Assembly (NCBI RefSeq): GCF_009914755.1
Contig: NC_060938.1
Origin: the human T2T-CHM13v2.0 reference genome, Homo sapiens
Direction: 5' to 3' (one strand)
DNA length: 64,000 nt
Below the pieces are notes generated by a model, which worked only from the letters and a program-made list of their open reading frames with translations, ran no database searches and was not told the DNA's origin. This document shows positions 31,481 to 44,232 of the stretch, piece after piece (the first letter of the stretch is position 1; every line of letters begins with the position of its first letter). A program made the position numbers and the translations under genes.

Positions 31481-31871
31481 TAGAGTTCAGAATTTAGTCT
31501 ATGACAAAGGTGGTATTGAAACAAGTAGAGAAAAGATGGATTGTTTAAAATTGGGGAAATTGGCCATCCATTTAGGAAAAAAAATAAACATAGACCCCAA
31601 TTTTATATCACACACAAAAGTAAATTTCAGCTAGTTTAAGATCTAAGACTTTAAAACTGTAAAACAAAAGCAACAACAAATAATTACAGGGTAATAGTCA
31701 TTTGTTTAATGGTTTTCCTAATCAAGATATAAAACTCAGGTACCAAAAAGAAAGATCAATAGGTTTGACTACCTGAAATTTAGTTTTTTTTGTACTGTGA
31801 AAACTACTGTAAACAATTTAAAAGAAAAGATGCAGATTAGGAAAAAGTATTTTTAATTTTATATAGTAGTA

Positions 31872-32728
31872 GGAATTTAAACAAATTTGCAAGGAAAAAA
31901 ATCCTATTAAAAAGTGGGCAAAGGACATGAACAGACACTTATCAAAAGAAGACACACATGCAGCCAACAAACATATGTAAAAAAGCTCAACATCACTGAT
32001 CATTAGAGAAATGCAAACCAAAATCACAATGAAATACCACCTCACGCCAGTCAGAATGGCTATTACCAAAAAGTCAAAAAACAACAGATGCTGGCGAGGT
32101 TGCACAGAAAAAGTAACACTTTTACACTGTTGATGGGAATGTAAATTAGTTCAACCATTGTGGAAGACAGTGTGGTGATTCCTCAAAGACCTAGAGGCAG
32201 CAATCCCATTACTTGATATATACCTAAAGGAATATAAATCGTTCTATTATAAAGATACAGGCATGCATATGTTCATTGCAGCACTATTCACAACGGCAAA
32301 GACATGGAATCAACCAAATGCCCATCAATGATAGACTGAATAAAGAAAATGTGGTACATATACACTGTGGAATACTATGCAGCCATGTCCTTTGCAGGGA
32401 TATGTATGGAGCTGAAAGCTGTTATCCTCAGCAAACAAATGTAGGAACGGAAAACCAAACACCACATGTTCTCACTTATTAGTGGGAGCTGAATGACAAG
32501 AACACATGGACACACAGAGGCAGGGAGTGAAGGGAACAACACACACATGCCTGTCTGGGGGATAGGGGGAGGGACAGCATCAGGAAGAATAGCTCATGGA
32601 TGCTGGGCTTAATACCTAGGTGATGGGATGATCTGTGCAGCAAACCACCATGGCACACGTTTATCTAAGTAAGAAACCTGCATATCCTTTATGTGTACCC
32701 CTGAACTTAAAATAAAAGTTGAAGAAAA
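31872..32728 (+). mobile_element. 5'-truncated older L1PA (PA13-15-like) 3' end
   Basis: AAAAGTGGGCAAAGGACATGAACAGACAC ... GGTGATGGGATGATCTGTGCAGCAAACCACCATGGCACACG ... AACTTAAAATAAAAGTT. Confidence 0.88.
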
Positions 32729-33174
32729 GAATTTATTTATGAAAATGTATAAATTAGTAAGAAAACCACATTCTAATAGATTAATGGACAATTCACAGAA
32801 AAGGAAATGATCACATGGCCAATAAACATTGGGAATGATATTCAGTCTTCTTATAAGTAATCAAGAAATTTATCTTAAACAAAAAGATGAAATATTATTT
32901 TTATCTCATCAGTGTGGCAAAACTTGGAAAGATGGGCAAATCCAGTGTTGCTGAGACTGAGAAGACAGAAAGCAACTCTGTCCGCAGGCAAAGTAGTCCA
33001 GCAGGTCAGTCTCTGGATGCACCAACCCTGAGGATGCCAAGCAAAGAAGTTCAGGGTCCAGGAAAGACACACACGGGGACAGCGAGGGAGAAAGAGATAG
33101 GAGGTAGGTTGAAAAAAAGCTCAACATCACTAATCATTAGAGAAACGCAAAAAGCAACCAAAGCCCACTACCAG

Positions 33175-33427
33175 TTTTTGACTTTTTAGTAATAGCCATT
33201 CTGACTGGTGTGAGATGGTATCTCACTGTGATTTTGATTTGCATTTCCCTAATGATCAGTGCTGTTGAGCTGTTTTTCGTGTTTGTTGGCTGCATGTGTG
33301 TCTTCTTTTGATAAGTGTCTGTTGATGTTCTTTGCCCACTTTTTAATAGGGTTGTGTTTTTCTTGCAAATTCATTTAAGTTCCTACTACTACATAAAATT
33401 AAAAATACTTTTTCCTAATCTGCATCT
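33175..33427 (-). repeat. Inverted local copy of 31828-32081
   Basis: Contains the L1PA/flank junction TTCCTACTACTACATAAAATTAAAAATACTTTTTCCTAATCTGCATCT; ORF track shows shared peptide [17 protein letters not shown] (31818..32105 - and 33315..33506 +). Confidence 0.92.
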
Positions 33428-34613
33428 ATTTCCCCTCTCTTCCAGAAACGCAATAGAATTTATACCTTTAGGTGACAGGGGAGGGGCCCAGGACCCTGAA
33501 AAGTGAAGGAACAATAGGGTTTGTTGACTAGTTGCCTCACAGGTAAACCCCTACCTCTTTGAAGCTTCCAGAAGTCATAGATGGATGAGTGGTCTGGTTC
33601 CTGCACAAAAGAAAGCAACCAAAGCCACTGCCAGATTTGTCCTTAGTTTGACCCCTTCTACTTCTTCTCAAAGTAAGAAAGCAAATGTTCAAACCTAGAG
33701 GGACCCTGCAAAGGTAGCCTGGGTTTGATTTTAATCATCCAACAGCCTCTAGTCACCAAGAAAAAGGAACCCCCCCACCCCGTGCCAGTGGTTCTTGCGT
33801 TCTGGTGAGCAGCAAAAATTGAGAGTTTGTAAAAATAGAGACTGTTGGGACCCACGCTCAGAGTGAGTGACCCAGTGAGATAATTTGCCTTTCCACTAAG
33901 TCTCCATTTGTTGATGATGCTGTCCAGGGACCATACATTGAGAACCGCTGCTCAGAGTGAGTGCGTCTGTCCCATCAACATGTGGATGTTCTGGATTTGC
34001 TGGTTTTTCTCTTTGGAGGAAGTTATCACAAGCTGCTACCCAGCGTGGGAAGGCCTGTTGGACCTTTTTCCAATTATCAAGAATAATTCGTTTTTGATTC
34101 AAAAGAATGTCTCTCTAGGAAGACTGTTGCTGACGAAGAAAACCCCGAAGTAACTTATTTTTCTGTTGAAAAAAAAAAAGAGAGAGATGGGGAGGTATAG
34201 AGAGAACCCCAGTCATTTCTGTGGCAGTACTGGTTGAACATGCCTGGCAACAGCATTCTCTTAACCCACCTGGGCATAAAACAATCATTCTCTGACATTG
34301 ATATGTATATGTCAAGAAACATTTTTAAGAAATACTCTGGTGTTGCAAACTGTATTAGACAATATCCTTTGTTTTGGTTGACAAAAAGCAGAAAAAACAA
34401 CTGCATTTAAATAAACTTAAACAAAAGTCAGCGATTGGCTCCCATAACTGAAAATCCTTAGGGTAATGGCTTCAGGTATAACTGGATCCAGGCCACATGG
34501 GAAGAAGGCAGACTTGCACCTAGATAATGGGGTGGGCAATGGGTGAGACCAAGCTGCAGAGGTAGGCAGGGGCTGGATCTTAAAGGGCCCAAAGAGCCGT
34601 TTTAAGGAGTTGA

Positions 34614-35127
34614 GAACATGTGCATGCATGTATCTTTATAATAGAATTATTTCTATTCCTTTGGGTAGATACCCAGTAATGAGATTGCTGGGTCAAATGG
34701 TATTTCCACCTCCAGGTCTTTGAGGAATCACCACACTGTCTTCCACAATGGTCGAACTAATTTACACTCCCACCAACAGTGTAAAAGTGTTACTTTTTCT
34801 GTGCAACCTCACCAGCATCTGTTGTTTTTTGACTTTTTAGTAATAGCCATTCTGACTGGCGTGAGATGGCATCTCACTGTGATTTTGATTTGCATTTCCC
34901 TAAAGATCAGTGATGACGAGCTTTTTTTCATATGTTTGTTGGCTGCATGTGTGTCTTCTTTTGATAAGTGTCTGTTCAACTCCTTTGGCCACTTTTTAAT
35001 AGGGTTGTTTTTTTCTTGCAAATTTGTTTAAATTCCTACTACTACATAAAATTAAAAATACTTTTTCCTAATCTGCATCTTTTCTTTTAAATTGTTTACA
35101 GTGGTTTTTGTAGTAAGAAAAAATTAA
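34614..35127 (-). repeat. Inverted local copy of ~31780-32274
   Basis: Same L1PA/flank junction plus additional flank TTTTCTTTTAAATTGTTTACAGT. Confidence 0.92.
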
Positions 35128-35152
35128 CCAGGTGTGTGGCGGGCGCCTGGCT

Positions 35153-35449
35153 AATTTTTTTGAAGACAAAAGCTCCACCTAAATAAAGGAGCAGCATGAA
35201 CCACTTGCCTTTAAGAAGCACCCTTCTGGCTGTGGTGTGGGTGGCTGGCATGGGCACGCCTAGAAGCAGGGGTTCAGGTGGGGCAGTGTATGACCAGTGA
35301 AGAGGTGATGGGCATGAGCAGCCCCAACAATTCTGCCTGCTGACCCAGACCTCACTATTCCACCGCCAGGATGATTCATTTGCCATTAACCAAGTCCAAG
35401 GGCCTGCCACGGGACACATTTGCTTAGGGAACCTCACATTTATACTTCC
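35153..35449 (-). repeat. Inverted local copy of 36390-36687
   Basis: Colinear reverse-complement match (TTCCCTAAGCAAATGTGTCC, GGTCAGCAGGCAGAATTGT, GCCCATGCCAGCCACCCACACCACAGCCAGAAGGG); shared peptide PMPATHTTARR in the ORF track. Confidence 0.92.
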
Positions 35450-36715
35450 ACTACCCTCTTATGCTCTTTAGTCTGAGCCCAGACTTGAACCCAGGTCTAC
35501 CTAAATCCAAAGCCCATGATCTTAAACTCAACACTGCATTGCTCCTAGCTTTTTAAAGTCCTGTTTCCATAATCTCCCTGAAACAGAAGAGGAGACAATT
35601 GTAGGTGGGGTTGGGTGGGAGGCCCACTGTTCTCTGTTCTTGACCACACTGATGTATTTCATGGCGAAGAACAAACTTTTTCATAAAGCAATTACTCATC
35701 AAGTCAAAATTTCTTATGTTCGCAGCCTTATTATTTCCATGTACCTTTTTTATCCTTTCATCTATGATTTAATTTTTCTGTCTAGCGACTCTACAGCAAG
35801 CTCCCATTAGCACCGAAAGCTGTCTACCCACTCGGTTGGGCTTGACTCAGGCACCAGATGTGCCCCAGTTTATCCACGTGGCTCCAGGCACTCACATGTT
35901 CCTCCAGGTCCCATCCGCAGGCCTCCGGGACGCCTGCAATGGTATCCTGAATTCCCCTCCTAGAGCACCACCGCTACCACCACCCCCTTCCCGGCTCCAA
36001 GCACTCAGCCTGCTATAATTAAACAAACAGGGTTATTTGTGACATCCTGGTTTACACATCAACAAGTTATTTTCTCTGATTTTGCTATGGATGGATTTGC
36101 TCTGCTTACATTAAACAAAAACAGCTCACCCAAAAATGCAGAACAAGCAAGGCAGAGGAAAGGCGGCCCGACAGCTGCCTCCTTCCCTGTGAGGCAAGAT
36201 CGAGTCTTCCCTTCCCAGACTCCTGGTCTCAAAGGAGCCAAGCCAGGAAGCTTCAAAGACACGGCCAAAGACCTCAGACCCGTAAGACAGCTGTAGAGGG
36301 TCAGAGCTTGGCACGGGAAGGGAGGGCTCCAGAAACACAGAAAGGTCAAATGGGAGTGTGTTTTGGAAGATTCCAGACTAAACAACATAGGAAATATAAA
36401 TGTGGGATTCCCTAAGCAAATGTGTCCTGTGCAGGGCCCTTGTGCTTGGTTAATGGCAAACAAATCACCTTGCAGGTGGCAATGTGAGGTCTAGGTCAGC
36501 AGGCAGAATTGTAGGGAGTGCTCATGCCCACCACCTCTTCCCTGGTCAAACACACTGCCCTGCCTGAACTGGTTTCCAGGCATGCCCATGCCAGCCACCC
36601 ACACCACAGCCAGAAGGGGCTTCTTTAAGGCAAAGCGGTTCATCTCACTCCTGTATTTAGGTGGAACTTTTTTTCCTCAAGAGAAATCCCAATTCTACAA
36701 TGGTTCTATCAACCT

Positions 36716-36768
36716 TTTCTTTTCTTTTCTTTTCCTTTCCTTTCCTTCTCTTTCTTTCTCTCTTTCTC

Positions 36769-36860
<92 letters not shown>

Positions 36861-37142
36861 GACACGGCATCTCTCTGTCACCCAGGCTGGAGTGCAGTAG
36901 CGTGATCTTGGCTCACTGCAGCCTCGAACTCCCAGCTCAAGCCATCCTCCCACCTCAGCTTCCCAAGTAGCTGGGACTACAGGTGCATGCCACCATGCTC
37001 TGATAAGATTTTTGTATTTTTCTGTAGAGATGAGGTTTCACCATGTTGCCCAGACTTGCCTTGAACTCCTGAGCTCAAGCTATCTGTCTGCCTTGGCCTC
37101 CCAAAGTGCTGGAATTATAGGTGTGAGCCATTGCACCTGGCC
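36716..37142 (-). mobile_element. AluJ with (TTTC)n tail (36716-36860)
   Basis: Antisense Alu preceded by a long TTTC array. Confidence 0.93.
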
Positions 37143-37589
37143 AGTTCTCTCAGCCTTTCAAGATGCAGCCCCTGCCTATCTCTGCAGCTTGGTCTCACCC
37201 CACTGCCCACCCCAGTAAGAGGAACATTCAAGTTTTGCAAATGTGCCATTGGCACAAGGTGTTCCTTCTACCTTGAACACACTCTCGGCAGCCACCTTTG
37301 TCTGAAGCTTCGAGCCTACACTTTGCTGACTTTCTCTCCACCCTTAGCAAAGCTCGGATCTGGCTGTGTTCTAATCATCTGACTACACACCATTTCCCTT
37401 ACAAACATTCAGCTCCATGAGGGCTGGGGCATGTCGACTTTGAACACTGTCCCATCTCGGTGTTTGTCTACATGGCTGGCATATTGTAGGTTTCCCACAG
37501 ATGGTGTTTGCTGAATGAATGAGTGACTTTCTTTTGTGTTCAGTATCTCTTTTGGGGTAACTGACTCTGCAAACATCTGGTTCAAAAGC

Positions 37590-38025
37590 AGAAGCCACAT
37601 GGTAGCTCCAAACTGGAAATACCCCAAATATCCATCAACTATAGACTAGAAATAGTGGTGTATTCACAAAAAGAAACTATAAAGGGCATGAACTATCTAT
37701 AACAACACCCCAAAATGTAGCTGCATTTCACAAATAAAATGTTGAACGCAAGATGCCAGACACAAAGAATTATAGGCTATGGGATTCCACTTACATAAAA
37801 TACAAAACCAGGTAAAACAAATCTTTGCAGTTAGCAGTTAGGATAGTGCTTCACCTTTTGTGGAAGATAGTGACTGGGGGATGCTAGCATGTTCTGCATC
37901 TTGGTCTGGATCCTGGTTACACAGGCATATTCAGGTGGGAGAATTCACACTGGGCTCTACACTTATGGCAGATGCACTTCTCTGTATGTATATTAAACTT
38001 CAATGTAAAGTCAAACAAACAAAAA
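37590..38025 (+). mobile_element. L1ME/L1MC-type 3'UTR relic
   Basis: GCTCCAAACTGGAAATACCCCAAATATCCATCAAC ... GCACTTCTCTGTATGTATATTAAACTTCAAT. Confidence 0.7.
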
Positions 38026-38334
38026 ACTAGAGACTGATATGGAGCTGAGGCAGGAGAACTGGGCCCCTGCTCTCTTGAATGTGGTGGGCACCCAGGCTTA
38101 CACCTTTTCTCCCAGGGCCCCCAGTACTGGGATCTCTTCTTTTGCCTCTGAAGGCCCCAACCCCATGTAATGGAGACATGTGGTTGCTGCAAACAGTCAG
38201 ACTCAAGAAATTCAGAAAGTCCCACACCCCAATGAGTTAGGAACTGTAGAGGGGACTCTGGAAGCAAGTGCAGGAAGAGACAAGGGAGAGAGGAATTGCT
38301 CTGCAGAAAGGAGGGTGAAGAATTTGGATCCTAA

Positions 38335-38711
<377 letters not shown>

Positions 38712-39696
38712 TTAAGTGAGATGGGATGCAGCTGGGGCACCATGTGTTGACACCTCCATTGTCAGGGTGGCCAGGAGACGTTACGATGCAAATATTCAAT
38801 TTGAAGGCATTGTATGTTGGCAACAAAAACCCCTTTTTGCTGCCCTCCCCACAAAACTCCAAGAAAGTAGGCCACATATACACACATGCCTTGTCTGAGT
38901 GGGAGTTTTGTTGGGAAGCCAGAAAGAGACTGAGCTCCATGTCTGGGTCCCTGAGGTGGTCAGCTGGGACAATGAGATGGACAATGAAACTGATCTGCCA
39001 GCAGAGGCAGCAGGGACACCATCAGAGGGGCTCTGAGCCTCCAGGGAATTCTCACTCCTCCTGGGGATGGTTTTGTACTTGCCCGGAATGCAGACTGAGA
39101 ACTTGAAGCAAATCTTATTTGGATTTTAAGAGGCTAAGAGATCATGGCTGACACCAAGGTCACGCATTAGTACATTTAAGTAGCTATTAAATGTCTTAAC
39201 TCTCCTCTTAATTATAAATCTCTCCAAGGCAGAAATTGCATATTTATCTTAGTGTCTCCCAAGAACCCGAGAGCCAGGTCTGGAATGAATACATCTCTCC
39301 AGGTCCCTGAGATGGAGGGGTTGACCACACACTCGCCATACTTGATGCACTGTCCTCAGAACAGGCCTGCACGCCGGTACCTTGTCCCAGTGTCAGTCCA
39401 GAGAGAATGAACAAGCTGTTCGTTCAGCCAGCCTCACAGCATTTTCATACGTGTATCGCACTCAGTTCTTACAGCAAGCCAGGAAGGAGAGTATGTGGTA
39501 AAGCTCATTTACCTATGAAAAAATGGAATTTTAGGGAGGGGTCAGAATGTCTTCCAGGTACCCAGTTAGTAAATGAGGCAAATGGGACTTGAATTCAGAC
39601 CATCAGAGAGCAAAGTGTCCTTTTGAGGCCACTCAGGCATGCAGGGTGGGTTTCTTCCCCCAAGAGTTATTCTTTCTATTAATAATATCATGCTGC

Positions 39697-40314
39697 TTTT
39701 TTTTTTAACTTTTATTTTAGGTTCAGGGATACATGTGCAGGTTTGTTATTTAGGTAAACTCGTGTCACGGGGGTTTGTTGTACGAATTATTTCGCCACCC
39801 AGGTACTAAGCCTGGTACCTAGTAGTTATTTTTTCTGATCCTCTTTCTTCTGCCATTCTCCACCCTCCTGTAGGTCCCAGTGTGTGTTGTTCCCCTCTAT
39901 GTGTCATGTGTTCTCATCATTGAGCTCCTACTAAGTGAGAACATGCAATATTTGGTTTTCTATTCTTGCATTAGTTTGCTAAGGATAATGGCCTCCAGTT
40001 CCATCCATGTTCCTGCAAAGGACATGATCTCATTCTTTTTTATGACTGCATAGTATTCCATAGTGTATTGCAGAGAAAAGGGAATGCTTATACACGGTTG
40101 GTGGGAGTGTAAATTAGTTCAACCATTGTGGAAAACAGTGTGGTGATTCTTCAAAGAGCTAAAAACAACTACCATTCAACCCAGCAATCCCATTACTGGG
40201 TATATACCCAAAGGAATAGAAATCGTGCTACCAATAAGCCACATGAATGCATATGTTCATTGCAGCACCATTTACAACAGCAAAGACATGGAATCAATCT
40301 AAATGCCCACCAGC
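39697..40314 (-). mobile_element. L1PA16-like 3' fragment with 5' inversion
   Basis: 39697-40068 antisense 3'UTR with poly(T); 40069-40314 sense-oriented adjacent L1 segment. Confidence 0.88.
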
Positions 40315-41072
40315 ATCACACTCTTTAATTACTTCCCAGTCTCAAGACACCCACGAAATGACTCCCTCCCCACCCCAATCTGTAACAAGGTTTAAGTCGA
40401 TGACCAAGGCAGCCAACAGGGGTAGACAAAGAGCAGCCAAGTGGCACCTTCAGCAACTATAAGGGACCCTGGGCTGTGCCTCTATTAGAGCTCTGCTCTC
40501 CTCTCCCTTCCTCCCCCTCCCTCCTCCCTGTTTGCCAGCAGCTCACCCATCTCCTGGATTGGGGTTAGCAGGGCTGAGAAGGGTCTGACCAGTCCACAGA
40601 CTTCTTAAGAGTGTGGCTGCCCTCAAAGTGACTCTGTTGGGGAGCACCCTGGGGACTCATTCATCCTTTCTTTGAATAAATGCTGTAGAACTAGAGAGAT
40701 CCTGTGGCAGGCTCTGGGAGGGGGAAGCAGTGAACCTGACTCTGCCCTTCACCTGGAGGTGTTCCTAGTCTGGTGTGGGAGCTGCCTGAAGAGGGAAGGC
40801 TCTAATCCCAGTGAGCCCAGAGGGAAACTGACCTGGCTTTTGAGGTCTCAGGGAAAGTGTCATCTCAACCTATATTGGAGGTTGGCTGGAGCTGGTGGCA
40901 GTAAGGGTAAGAGCCCCACACACTTAGTGAACAAAGACCAGTTCAGCCTGGCTGCTTTCCAAGTGGGGGTGTGAGGGTGGAGAGCATGGCTGGTCTCACA
41001 TAGCTGGCCTCACCCGGTCCACCTATGGCCAATGGGGTGCACATACCTTGGCTGGATGATAGCAGTTATTTC

Positions 41073-41423
41073 CTGCTGTGTTCTGAATATTTGTGTCCCA
41101 ACAAAATTTGTATGTTGAAACCTAACCCCAAAAGAGTAGATATTTGAAGGTAGGGTCTTTGGGAGGTGATTAGGTCATGAGAGTGAAGCCCTTTTGACTG
41201 GGATTAGTGTCCTTATAAAAATCTCAAGAGAGCTTGCTTCTGCCATGTGAGGACACAGTGAAAAGATGGCCATCTATGAAGAGAGTGCTCACCAGATGCC
41301 AAAAGTGCCCTGGTCTGAGAATTCACAACTTCCAGAATGGTGACAAATACATTTCTGTTGTTTCTGAGCGACCCAGACCGTGGTATTTTGTTATAGCAGT
41401 CTGAATTAGTAGTGACTAAGACA
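41073..41423 (+). mobile_element. MLT1A/MSTD-like solo LTR
   Basis: CTGAATATTTGTGTCCCAACAAAATTTGTATGTTGAAACCTAACCCC...GACTAAGACA. Confidence 0.8.
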
Positions 41424-41449
41424 CTTCCCATAGCACAGTGCTTTGGGGC

Positions 41450-41657
41450 ATACGTTTCTCTCTCCTCCTCCTGCTCTGGCCATGTAGGACGTGCCTGCTT
41501 CCCCTTCACCTTCTACCATGATTGTAAGTTTCCTGATGCCTCCCTGGCCATGCTTCCTGTACAGCCTGTGGAATCATGAGCCAATTAAACCTCTTTTCCT
41601 TATAAATTACCCAGTTTCAGATATTTCTTTATAACAATGTGAGAATGGCCTAATACA
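41450..41657 (+). mobile_element. MSTB-like LTR, 3' half
   Basis: CCTGCTCTGGCCATGTAGGACGTGCCTGCTTCCCC...GATTGTAAGTTTCCTGA...GAGAATGGCCTAATACA. Confidence 0.8.
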
Positions 41658-42101
41658 CCTTTAATCTCCATTAGCCTCCCTTCAGTTTGGCATCCCAAGG
41701 TTCGACTGAAAGTTAGAAATATAAACCTCTTCCCCCAGGAAAGATTTCAGGCACTGCCAGGCCTGAAACATTCATTTTCTACTTTCTGCTTTTGATGGAT
41801 CAGGAGCCCAAGAAGCTGGCCCAGACCACTCTGAAAATGGAGTGGTGTCCTGGATCTTGACTGAGTGCAGGAGGAAGCACAGAAGGACCTTCCCCTGGTT
41901 GTAAATACCTGGCTGTGGAGCTTTGGACAGGGCAGTGAGCCCCTGGGTTCAGTGTCATCCTTTTATAAAATGAGGAAAAATGTGTGGCTGTCAGGTGGGC
42001 CACGTGCTAGGGAGAGAGCAGGCACCAAGGCAAGGCCCTGCCTTCATAGACCAGATTGAGATGCAGAGGAAACCAGTGGCCCCTCTGCTTGGTGACCATG
42101 T

Positions 42102-42565
42102 TGTATTAGTTTTCTAGGGCTGACACAACAAGGCACCACAGCCTGGGTGACTCAAACAACAGACACTTATTAATTCACAGTTCTGGAGGCTGAAAGTCCA
42201 AGATCAAGGTGTTGGCAGGGTTGCTTCCTTCTAAGGGCTGTGCGGGAGAATCTGTTGCAGGTCTTTCTCCCAGCTGCTGGTGGTTTGCCGGCCATCTTTA
42301 GTTTTCCTTGGTTTGTAGAAGCATTGCCCTGACCTCTGCCTTCATCTCACATGTGTTCTCTCTGTGTGCTGTCCATATCCACATTTCCCCTTTTTAATCA
42401 GGACACCAGTCATATTGGCTTAGAGGCTCACCCTATTCCAGAATAACCTCATCTTAGCTAATTACTCTACGAGAACCCTATTGCTAAATAAGGTCATATT
42501 CTGAGACACTGGGAGTGAGGATTTCAATGTAGGAATTTAGGGGAATGCAATTCAACCCATAACCC
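42102..42565 (-). mobile_element. MLT1B/C-like solo LTR
   Basis: TGTATTAGTTTTCTAGGGCTG...CACAGTTCTGGAGGCTGAAAGTCCAAGATCAAGGTG...ATTCAACCCATAAC. Confidence 0.85.
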
Positions 42566-43739
42566 ATGTGAGATCAAGAAAGGTCAAGATCATCTACCTT
42601 TCTTACCTTAGTTTCTGTGCTTCTGAAACCAGGGATAATCAAGAAGGATAAACGGGACCATACATGTGAGGGTCCCTAGAACATCATAGATGCCAGCATA
42701 GAGGAGGAGCTCAACAAATGCTGATTCCTTCCATCAGTGACTCGGCAGAGATGCCCAAAGTCCCAGTCCTCGTTCCTTTACTCATGGCCTTGGCTCACTC
42801 TCCTCCTCCCTCTCGCCCAGGAAAGCTGACAAACTGATTATGCTAAAACTTAAGCATTGAATCTATTCTCCAAAAGGACGCTTGCTGTTGAAGTCTGTTT
42901 GGGGGCATCATTTTTATACTCCCAAAACCATGACACGTTTGTGACCTGCAAAGCCCAGCCCCGCCATGAAGATAAAGAATGTGACAGCTGCACCGAGGGT
43001 GACCGCTTTTCAAGCACTGCTCAGGACCATCGGCACAGCTCAGTGTGAATAACTGCAACCTCCTTTCTCCCTCTCTCTCCCCCACTCGTCGGCTTCGATT
43101 CACAGGCTGTGTAATTCAAGTCATTAATTTTTTCCATTCAGTGCACTGCCAATTTCTTCTCATTTTGTTCCTGGAAATCTCTTGTGTGCGTCTTCTAAAT
43201 TTAAAATAAATACACTGTACATAATTGGATGCTAACCAGACAACACTGAGCAATCATACTTTCTCATTGATTCTGCAGATGTATTCGTCTCCAACACGGA
43301 ATAGGAAAGGTCTCTGCGTGTTCTGGATGAAATGGTAAATGGAACAAGTTGTCCTCACATTCTTCAATATCAGTATTGGCCTTTAGAATATTTCCCCAGT
43401 TATGATCTTACTTGAAATGAACAATGAAAGGTTCTTGCACCAAAAATAGACATCCAAATTATTCTAGCTGCTACCATTGCGTGCTCACAGGGTTGAGTGG
43501 AAAGAGTGTAAGTGCAGGCCTCAAGAGACAGGAGATGTGGCTGCAGACGTTCCACGAAGAGGGCGGGTCATGGCAAGGAAGCACTTATTTACACTGGAGA
43601 TTTCAGTATTCTCAGCTATGCAATTAAGAGCTTGGCCCAGATCCTTTTCTTCCCCCAAAGCACAGGATGCATTCTTGAGATATACTCAAGATGATTTTAG
43701 AAGTACAGAACTATGACATAAAATAGCATCGGATCTTGT

Positions 43740-44130
43740 GGAAGAGACAGAAAAACACCCCCCAAAGAATCCATTTGCTCACCCGCATTTCCTAGCCCTC
43801 TTGTTTGTATTAGGTGAGGCCATATGACTAGCTCTGACCAATGAAATGTGTACAGAAATTATGTGTGCCACTTCCAGTCTCAGATAGTGGGAAGCCTGTG
43901 CACCGTTCTCCAAACTCTCTCTTCCTCACACATGGTGGCAGAGAGTGCCTTGCATTACAGATTACCCAGTTCTAAGATGGTGGAGCCTTCGTCAGCTTAG
44001 CCTGCCGAGTGACTGGGCAGAGAAGACTCCCCACCAACCTGTGTAAAACACATAACGTGAGTTAGTTAGAAATAAACATTTAATGTGTTAAGACACCGAG
44101 ATTTTTAAACATAGAGTATAATCCAGCCTG
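43740..44130 (+). mobile_element. Old MLT1 (I/J-like) LTR relic
   Basis: CATTTCCTAGCC...GGCCATATGACTAGCTCTGACCAATGAAATGTG...GAAATAAACATTTAATGTGTTAAG. Confidence 0.6.
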
Positions 44131-44232
44131 ACTGAGTTTCTCATATTGAAAAAGTCCTTTCTTTAAAAATTCTACCTACTTCTGATTTCATCAAGGAGAA
44201 AGTCTCTGTTGGTGATAGTACATCTTTAACAC

